Of a stretch of DNA of 64,000 nucleotides, positions 56,065 to 64,000 are shown in pieces (within the stretch, counting starts at the first letter, position 1; each line of letters begins with the position of its first letter). The notes beneath the pieces were generated by a model that saw only the letters and a program-made list of their open reading frames with translations, was not told the origin of the DNA and did no database searches. The stretch spans positions 335,664-399,663 of the forward strand of contig CAWGYD010000005.1 in assembly GCA_963826785.1 (NCBI GenBank). The letters are read 5' to 3'. Position numbers and translations under genes: made by a program. Source of the stretch: an uncultured delta proteobacterium. Its GTDB lineage: Bacteria; Desulfobacterota; Desulfobacteria; Desulfobacterales; Desulfosalsimonadaceae.

Positions 56065-56952
56065 ATGGCATCCTTAAAAGTAGTCAAATCAAAGATCTCC
56101 GGTGTTAAAAAGACCAAGCAGATCACCAAGGCCATGAACATGGTGGCCACGTCGAAGCTGCGCGGCACCCAGACGGCCATGACGGCGTTTCGGCCCTATG
56201 CGGACAAATTCGCCGAGGTCCTGGGTAATATCGCGGAAAAAGCCGGCGATGATATCAGCCCGCTTCTGGTCCCGAGAGTCGAAGTCAAAACCACGCATAT
56301 CGTGATGATGACTTCCGATCGGGGGCTCTGCGGCGGTTTCAACATCAATCTCATTGAAAAAGCCGAAGAATTAATGGAGGAAAAGACCGGGAAGGGAATC
56401 TCGGTTTCATTCACCAATTTCGGCAAAAAAGGCAGAGACTGGTGCCGCAAGAACAAACTGACCATCGTCAATCAATACCTGAACGTCATCGGCGGCAAGA
56501 TCGGGTTCAGCGTGGCATCCAAAGCCGGCCAGGAACTGATTAAGGGCTTTCTGGACGGCAACTATGACGAGGTTTTCGTTGTATACGCCAATTTTCTGAG
56601 CGTGGGTGCCCAACCGCCGGTGGTCAGGCAGTTGCTGCCGATTCCTGTGATCGAAAAAGAACAAGAAACGCAGGACGATACCCCATATCTGGCGGAACAT
56701 ATTATTGAACCGTCACCCGATGAGCTGTTGAATGAGATGCTCCCGCGAAATGTGCACATTCAGCTGTACAATGCGCTGCTGGAGACATCGACGAGTGAAC
56801 ACGCGGCGCGCATGCGGGCCATGGACAACGCGACCAAGGCCTGCAATGACATGATTGAAAATTTGACTCTGGTGTACAACAAGGCCCGTCAGGCGGCCAT
56901 TACAATGGAACTAATGGATATCGTTGGCGGTGCCGAGGCACTCAGGGGATAA
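56065..56952 (+). CDS. atpG: ATP synthase subunit gamma
   Basis: ITKAMNMVA, SDRGLCGGFN, SEHAARMRAMDNAT, NKARQAAIT. Confidence 0.98.
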   Translation: MASLKVVKSKISGVKKTKQITKAMNMVATSKLRGTQTAMTAFRPYADKFAEVLGNIAEKAGDDISPLLVPRVEVKTTHIVMMTSDRGLCGGFNINLIEKAEELMEEKTGKGISVSFTNFGKKGRDWCRKNKLTIVNQYLNVIGGKIGFSVASKAGQELIKGFLDGNYDEVFVVYANFLSVGAQPPVVRQLLPIPVIEKEQETQDDTPYLAEHIIEPSPDELLNEMLPRNVHIQLYNALLETSTSEHAARMRAMDNATKACNDMIENLTLVYNKARQAAITMELMDIVGGAEALRG

Positions 56953-56981
56953 ACATCGAATCAATATGTGTATATAGATAG

Positions 56982-58409
<1,428 letters not shown>

Positions 58410-58426
58410 AGCATAAGGAAAAATCA

Positions 58427-58840
58427 ATGGCTGAAATGCTGAAACTGGAAGTCGTCACTCCGGAAAAATATGTCGTCAGCGAGGACGTGGAAATCGTCAT
58501 GGCGCCGGGAACCCTCGGAGAATTCGGGGTGCTGCCCGGGCACACGCCCTTTTTGACGTCCCTCAAAATCGGACGGATCAATTATAAAGACAAAAGCGGC
58601 AAGGATCACCACCTGTTCGTCAGCGGCGGTTTTGCCGAAGCGCTTCCGGACAGGGTGACCATTCTGGCGGAATCGGCCGAAAAAAGCATCGACATTGATC
58701 TGGAGCGCGCCAAAGCCGCATTGGACAGGGCACAAAAACGCCTTTCTGAAAAAGAGGACACGATCAATTTCGAAAGAGCCAAGGCTGCGCTCTACAGGGC
58801 CATCGAACGGTTGAAGGTTGCCGAATCCGCAAAGCTGTAG
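58427..58840 (+). CDS. atpC: ATP synthase subunit epsilon
   Basis: LEVVTPE, GEFGVLPGH, VSGGFAE, IDLERA. Confidence 0.96.
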   Translation: MAEMLKLEVVTPEKYVVSEDVEIVMAPGTLGEFGVLPGHTPFLTSLKIGRINYKDKSGKDHHLFVSGGFAEALPDRVTILAESAEKSIDIDLERAKAALDRAQKRLSEKEDTINFERAKAALYRAIERLKVAESAKL

Positions 58841-58907
58841 CGAAATGAATCATCCTGCGCTTTAAATTGACCCAGGCGCGGATGTTAAATGGATTTATCC
58901 TCTATTC

Positions 58908-58942
58908 AAAAGGGCAAGCCAGTTAACTGGTTTGCCCTTTTT
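58908..58942 (+). terminator. atp operon terminator
   Basis: AAAAGGGCAAGCCAG-TTAA-CTGGTTTGCCCTTTTT. Confidence 0.85.
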
Positions 58943-58963
58943 CTGTTGTGATGGGGAAACAAA

Positions 58964-59716
58964 ATGTTGAATAAGACGACGATCATCATCCTGGCGGCGG
59001 GGAAGGGGACCCGCATGAAATCGGATCAGGCGAAGGTGCTTCATCTGCTTTCAGGCCGTACGATGATTTCCTATGTGGTCCATTCTGCAGTTGAAGTCGC
59101 GGGGAATCAGGTCATCGTGGTGGTAGGCACCCAGGCCGAAAAAGTCAAATCGGAAATACAGAAGGCGTCGAAGGTGCGGTTTGCGCTTCAGCAGGATCAG
59201 ATGGGGACGGGGCATGCCGTCAAATGCGCACTGCCGACCATATCAAGCGATACGGATGAAGTGGTGATCCTGTCCGGCGACGTTCCGCTGATTCAACCCG
59301 CCACAATCCGTTCGCTAATCGATCAGCACCGGGCCGACGGGAATCAGCTCACCTTAATGGCCTTGGATCTTGAAGATCCATTTGGCTATGGACGATTGAT
59401 CATCGACAAAAATGGATGTGTTGAAAGAATCGCCGAGGAAGTCGATGCCATCGATGCTGAGCGGGACATCCGGCTGGTCAATGCCGGTGTGTACTGTGTG
59501 CAGAAGCCTTTTCTCCAATCGGCCATCATGAAGCTCAAGACGGATAACCGCCAGCACGAGATGTATCTCACCGATATCGTAAAAATCGCCAGTGAAGAGC
59601 AGCATAAAACCGGCTGGATGCTTTGTGAGAATCCGTGTGAACTGGTCGGTATCAACACTTGTCAGGACCTGCTGAAGGTAGAGGCTTTGTTGAAGGAAAT
59701 GCCGAAAAAGTCTTGA
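58964..59716 (+). CDS. GlmU-like nucleotidyltransferase, N-terminal uridyltransferase domain only
   Basis: ILAAGKGTRMKS, QMGTGHAV, GDVPLI, GYGR, EMYLTD, GIN; ends at 250 aa with no hexapeptide acetyltransferase domain. Confidence 0.88.
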   Translation: MLNKTTIIILAAGKGTRMKSDQAKVLHLLSGRTMISYVVHSAVEVAGNQVIVVVGTQAEKVKSEIQKASKVRFALQQDQMGTGHAVKCALPTISSDTDEVVILSGDVPLIQPATIRSLIDQHRADGNQLTLMALDLEDPFGYGRLIIDKNGCVERIAEEVDAIDAERDIRLVNAGVYCVQKPFLQSAIMKLKTDNRQHEMYLTDIVKIASEEQHKTGWMLCENPCELVGINTCQDLLKVEALLKEMPKKS

Positions 59717-59766
59717 CTTTAAAAACAATCGAATACTATAAGTTTGATAAATACATGAGGTGAAAA

Positions 59767-60018
59767 TTGGATATAGACGACGTGATGCTCCAATTTGATC
59801 AGATTGAGAAAAAAGTTGGAAACTTGATTCAACAGTGCAAGACCCTCGAATCTGAGAATGAACGGCTGACTTCCCGAATTCAAAATTTGGAGGCCGAACT
59901 TCAGAGAAGGGTCGAGACGGAAAACACGTTTTCGGAACAAAAAGAGAAGATCCGGTTGAAAATCGATGGACTTCTGACCAAACTTGACCTCGCTGCCACT
60001 GATGAACAGAATCAGTGA
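59767..60018 (+). CDS. zapB: Cell division protein ZapB-like coiled coil
   Basis: 83-aa coiled coil ending IDGLLTKL, upstream of zapA; GAGGTG RBS with TTG start. Confidence 0.75.
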   Translation: MDIDDVMLQFDQIEKKVGNLIQQCKTLESENERLTSRIQNLEAELQRRVETENTFSEQKEKIRLKIDGLLTKLDLAATDEQNQ

Positions 60019-60047
60019 TTGCAGGATGAGGAGATTGCAAGGCATTC

Positions 60048-60341
60048 GTGGATCAAATCATAACAATTGAGCTTTTAGGTGAAATTTTCAAGTTCAGGGT
60101 CGACGAGCCCGGAGCCGATGCCGAGAAGGTCGCCGCGCATCTGGTGCAGGAGGTTGGGAAAGTCGAGTCCCAGCTGCCTTCACATGCGGCAAAGACCAAT
60201 AAGCTCGCCATACTGGCCCTGGCCGCATTGAATATTTCAAGACAGCATTTGGAATTGTCGCGAAAGTATTCCGATCTGGTGGGTAAGATAAGGGGACGCG
60301 CTGCTAAAATCGGCAGCCTGATGGAAAACCGCCCTTCTTGA
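60048..60341 (+). CDS. zapA: Cell division protein ZapA
   Basis: ITIELLG, LAILALAALNI; upstream of 6S RNA. Confidence 0.85.
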   Translation: MDQIITIELLGEIFKFRVDEPGADAEKVAAHLVQEVGKVESQLPSHAAKTNKLAILALAALNISRQHLELSRKYSDLVGKIRGRAAKIGSLMENRPS

Positions 60342-60368
60342 AAACGAAATCTTTTTTCATATCGACTG

Positions 60369-60397
60369 TTGAAAAAGAAAAATTTAAAGGTTATGAT
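60369..60397 (+). promoter_or_regulatory. Putative sigma-70 promoter upstream of 6S RNA
   Basis: TTGAAA-17 nt-TATGAT. Confidence 0.55.
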
Positions 60398-60454
60398 ATA
60401 TCACGAATGAGGCAGTTCCGAAAAAGTAGCAGCAGGATAATGAAATGCTTGAAA

Positions 60455-60634
60455 TTACCCCTGCCGTGCTCGTGATTGAATGATGCTCCTTGACCCAACA
60501 GTGACATAACGGGGGCCTTTCCTGGTTTCGGTGTGCAGGTTCCGCTTGTACGGAAAAGCCTAAAGAAGCTATAAGGCGCCCACCTTGACCGATTCGGCTC
60601 AAGGTTTTATTCAACACGGCGATGGCGGGGGTAT
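60455..60634 (+). ncRNA. ssrS: 6S RNA
   Basis: ~180-nt rod closed by TACCCCTGCCGT / ATGGCGGGGGTA with CCTTGA/TCAAGG internal pairing; typical position between zapA and rny. Confidence 0.85.
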
Positions 60635-60974
60635 TATTTTTCCAACCAGATCCAATCAATAGATGCCGGGCTGTTGTGGACAAACCGGTGGTCACCTTCC
60701 CTGAAGCATCCGTCCTCATTGTTTTTCTGATTTATCTTCTTGTTTTATTAAATGAAATTTCGATATGATGGTGCTGATCTGCAATAAATTGCAGATTCTT
60801 CCCTGGATATCTCCGTGGAAGGAACAGGCGAATCAAACAGATCACCCGCCTGCGTGGCGGTTTCCAGCACAAAGGACTTGAAAATGGACTTGCCGGATTC
60901 ACATTGACTGTCTCGTTTTGATTCACATCTTAAATGCGAAATATGTCAACAGATATATTTTGAGGAGAAAATGA

Positions 60975-62540
60975 ATGGATGCAACCACCTATTTCCTGAT
61001 GCTTATCATCGGTGGGGTAATCGGTTTTTTCGGAGCCCAGTTTTTTCGCGATCGGTTCATGTCCCAGAAGTTAAAGGACGCCGAAGATAAGGCTGCAATG
61101 ATCGTTCATACCGCTGAACGAAAGGCCGATTCACTGATCAAGGAAGCGCAGATCGAGGCCAAAGACCGTCTTTTTAAAATGAAGAATGATTTTGACGCCG
61201 AAACTGCGGAAGCCCGGTCGGAGTTGAAAAAGCAGGAAAAACGTCTGCAGCAGAAAGAAGAAAATTTAGATAAGAAGAATGAACAACTGGAATTGCATAC
61301 CAAGGAAGCCCTGCGCAAGGAAAAGGAACTCCTGAAAAAAGAAGAATCCCTGGGTGCCAAAGAGAATATGTATGACAGCATGATCAGTGAGCAGAAGGGC
61401 CGCCTGGAAGCCATTTCCGGTCTGACCGCGGAAGAAGCCAAGGACCTGCTCATCCAGTCCATGGAAAATGAAGCCCGTCATGAAGGGGCCAAGATCATCA
61501 AACGGGTGACCGCCGAAGCACGGGAGAACGCGGACAAGGAGGCCAAGAAAATCATAGCCACCGCCATTCAGCGCTACGCCGGGGACTTTGTGGCCGAAAG
61601 AACGGTTTCCGTGGTGCAGCTGCCCGATGATGAAATGAAGGGCCGGATCATCGGCCGGGAGGGCCGAAATATCCGTGCGCTGGAGGCGGCCACCGGAATC
61701 GACCTGATTATTGATGACACACCCGAGGCGGTGATCCTGTCCGGCTTCAATCCTGTCCGGCGTGAAGTGGCGCGTCTTTCCCTCATTCGGTTGATCGAAG
61801 ACGGCCGGATTCATCCGGCACGGATCGAGGATGTGGTGAAGAAGGTCAGTGAGGAGGTGGATATCACGATCAAGGAAGCCGGCGATCAGGCCGCCTTCGA
61901 CCTCGGGGTTCATGGCATCAATAACGAATTGATCCGATACCTGGGCCGGCTGAAATTCCGGACCAGCTATGCCCAGAACGTGCTTCAGCATTCGGTTGAA
62001 GTGGGTTTCTTATGCGGGGCCATGGCCGCTGAACTGGGGCTCAATATTAAATTGGCCAAACGGATGGGATTGCTTCACGATATCGGCAAGGCCATCGACC
62101 ATGAAGTCGACGGATCGCACGCTGAAATCGGCGGGCGGCTGGCCAAGAAGTGCGGGGAAACCGCCAAGGTGGTCCATGCGATTGCCGCACACCATGAAGA
62201 CCTCCCTCCGGAATCGGTCTATGATGTCCTGGTCCAGGCAGCGGACGCCCTCTCAGGCGCACGGCCCGGCGCACGCAAGGAGCTTCTGGAAAATTATATA
62301 AAACGCCTGGAAGACCTGGAAGGGATTGCCAATACATTCCAGGGCGTGTCCAATTCATATGCCATTCAGGCCGGCCGCGAACTGCGGGTGATCGTCGACG
62401 GCGGGCAGCTTACGGATGAGGATTCGGTGCTGCTCAGCAAGGATATCGTCAAGAAGATCGAAGAGACGCTGACCTTTCCGGGTCAGATCAAGGTGATCGT
62501 CATCCGGGAAACCCGTGCGGTGGAATACGCGAATAAATAG
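60975..62540 (+). CDS. rny: Ribonuclease Y
   Basis: N-terminal TM, coiled coil, [50 protein letters not shown]. Confidence 0.97.
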   Translation: MDATTYFLMLIIGGVIGFFGAQFFRDRFMSQKLKDAEDKAAMIVHTAERKADSLIKEAQIEAKDRLFKMKNDFDAETAEARSELKKQEKRLQQKEENLDKKNEQLELHTKEALRKEKELLKKEESLGAKENMYDSMISEQKGRLEAISGLTAEEAKDLLIQSMENEARHEGAKIIKRVTAEARENADKEAKKIIATAIQRYAGDFVAERTVSVVQLPDDEMKGRIIGREGRNIRALEAATGIDLIIDDTPEAVILSGFNPVRREVARLSLIRLIEDGRIHPARIEDVVKKVSEEVDITIKEAGDQAAFDLGVHGINNELIRYLGRLKFRTSYAQNVLQHSVEVGFLCGAMAAELGLNIKLAKRMGLLHDIGKAIDHEVDGSHAEIGGRLAKKCGETAKVVHAIAAHHEDLPPESVYDVLVQAADALSGARPGARKELLENYIKRLEDLEGIANTFQGVSNSYAIQAGRELRVIVDGGQLTDEDSVLLSKDIVKKIEETLTFPGQIKVIVIRETRAVEYANK

Positions 62541-62548
62541 AAAGAAGG

Positions 62549-63871
62549 ATGATGGCCACAGTTATTGATGTACTGCAGGAGCGCGGTTTTATTGAAAACC
62601 AGACCCATGATTTGGAATTAAAAACCTATATTCAGTCCGGTCCGGCCACGTGCTATATCGGGTTTGATCCCACGGCATCGAGTCTGCACGTGGGCAGCCT
62701 GGTACCGATCATGTCTCTTGCGCACATGCAGCGGCATGGCCACCGTCCCATTGCGCTGGTGGGTGGCGGTACCGGCCTGGTAGGGGACCCCAGCGGCAAA
62801 ACGGAAATGCGCAAACTGCTGACGCCTGAAGATGTGGACCACAATGCCGCCTGTCTCAAGGCTCAGCTGTCGCGCTTCATCGATTTCGATGCGGGAAATG
62901 CCCTTCTGCTCAACAATGCGGACTGGCTGGTGGGACTGGAATATATTCCTTTCTTGAGGGACATCGGCCGCCATTTTTCCGTCAACCGGATGATCAAGGC
63001 GGAAAGCTACCGGGCCCGCCTGGACTCGGAAGAGGGTCTGAACTTTATCGAATTTAATTACATGCTGCTCCAGGCCTACGATTTCCTGAAATTGTATGAG
63101 AGCCACGGATGCCGGCTCCAGATGGGCGGAAGCGATCAGTGGGGCAATATCGTTGCTGGAATCGACCTGGTGCGCCGCATGCGTCAGGCAGAGACCTACG
63201 GCATCACCTTCCCCTTGGTGACCACTGCCAGCGGGGCCAAAATGGGCAAGACCGCTGCAGGGGCCGTCTGGCTGGACAGCGAACGGACCTCGCCCTATGA
63301 TTATTTCCAGTTCTGGGTGAATACGGATGACAAGGATGTGGCCCGCTTCCTGGCCCTGTTTACCTTTCTTCCCATGGCGGAAATTAGGGAGGTGGAAAGT
63401 CTTGAAGGAGTAGACATCAACAGCGCCAAGTCGATCCTGGCCTATGAGGCTACCCGTCTGTGTCATGGTAAAAATGAAGCAGATAAAGCCAAGCACACAT
63501 CATCAAAAAATTTTGGTAAACGGGAAATACCCCATTCTATTTTGCCTTCAAGTGAAATAAGGCGTAAAGGAATAGAAGTATATCAAGGTGTTGTAACCGA
63601 AATTTCAGATAATGACGATATAACGGATATTACATGGTTTGAACCGTCAGAGATGACTCCCGGCATTCCGGCATTCAAACTCTACCATCAGGTAGGCCTC
63701 GCCCAATCCGGCAGTGCGGCCCGGCGGCTCATTCAGCAAGGGGGCGCCTATATCAATGGTATTAGAGTGGAAACAGAGGATTACCTGGTTACTCTGGAGC
63801 AAGTCCAAAACGGGGAGATCGAGCTTCGGGCCGGCAAGAAAAAATTTCATAAAATTAAATTGAAAAATTGA
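62549..63871 (+). CDS. tyrS: Tyrosine--tRNA ligase
   Basis: GFDPTASSLHVGS, QAYDF, QMGGSDQWGNI, KMGKT, C-terminal S4 domain ARRLIQQGG...GKKK. Confidence 0.97.
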   Translation: MMATVIDVLQERGFIENQTHDLELKTYIQSGPATCYIGFDPTASSLHVGSLVPIMSLAHMQRHGHRPIALVGGGTGLVGDPSGKTEMRKLLTPEDVDHNAACLKAQLSRFIDFDAGNALLLNNADWLVGLEYIPFLRDIGRHFSVNRMIKAESYRARLDSEEGLNFIEFNYMLLQAYDFLKLYESHGCRLQMGGSDQWGNIVAGIDLVRRMRQAETYGITFPLVTTASGAKMGKTAAGAVWLDSERTSPYDYFQFWVNTDDKDVARFLALFTFLPMAEIREVESLEGVDINSAKSILAYEATRLCHGKNEADKAKHTSSKNFGKREIPHSILPSSEIRRKGIEVYQGVVTEISDNDDITDITWFEPSEMTPGIPAFKLYHQVGLAQSGSAARRLIQQGGAYINGIRVETEDYLVTLEQVQNGEIELRAGKKKFHKIKLKN

Positions 63872-63881
63872 AGAATACCTG

Positions 63882-63991
63882 TTGACAAGCAGGTCCTTTT
63901 CCTTTACTTTGCAATTCTTTCAACGGGTGAAAACCTGATGAAAAAAACGGTGACAAAAGCAGTTGACTCACCGGTTCAGGGTGATTAAATT
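63882..63991 (+). promoter_or_regulatory. Tandem strong sigma-70 promoters pointing out of the window
   Basis: TTGACA-17-TACTTT (63882-63910) and TTGACT-17-TAAATT (63963-63991). Confidence 0.7.
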
Positions 63992-64000
63992 TTAATTACC

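Noticed and set aside
63461..63640. Diversity-generating retroelement target or intein in tyrS
   Set aside because: No reverse transcriptase or template repeat in the window, no intein splice motifs, and the segment is too short

Overview
Mostly core-genome DNA from a moderately GC-rich bacterium whose gene set and gene order suggest Desulfobacterota/Desulfobacterales (an inference from the b'-b-delta-alpha-gamma-beta-epsilon atp operon without a/c, zapB-zapA-6S-rny-tyrS, a sigma-54 activator, and DUF362/DUF169 proteins). It runs from the dnaG 3' end through rpoD, tRNA(CAT), nif3, a Zn-ribbon gene, RNase P RNA, a large HPr-domain gene, ispD, a sigma-54 activator module, an MCE/Mla-type ABC cluster, tyrA and maf-yggS-queH-M48. 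An accessory-looking stretch follows (nested palindromic miniature element, TPR/FG-GAP lipoprotein, DUF2780, DUF169, tRNA-Leu, ugd, lnt, lipase plus foldase). The rest is uvrD, eno, pyrG, a GGDEF-PilZ/LD-carboxypeptidase/serine hydrolase operon, mreBCD-mrdA, glnS, an acyl-CoA dehydrogenase-rubredoxin fusion, rodA, atp, a short glmU, zapBA, 6S RNA, rny and tyrS. I saw no CRISPR array, integrase, transposase or prophage. The best candidates for undescribed biology are: (1) a complete sigma-54 circuit (dual-PAS activator, two palindromic enhancer-like sites, a -24/-12 promoter, a structured leader) whose only local output is a 69-aa Cys-tailed orphan ORF; (2) an unannotated stand-alone 37-aa ORF with its own promoter, RBS and terminator; (3) a 452-aa HPr fusion with an unknown N-terminal region; (4) a lipase/foldase pair with a degenerate foldase motif; (5) a sharp low-GC patch inside tyrS. 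Three genes (lysE-like, lnt, DUF169) show apparent frameshifts that may be sequencing errors. All calls come from motif recognition by eye; no searches were run.
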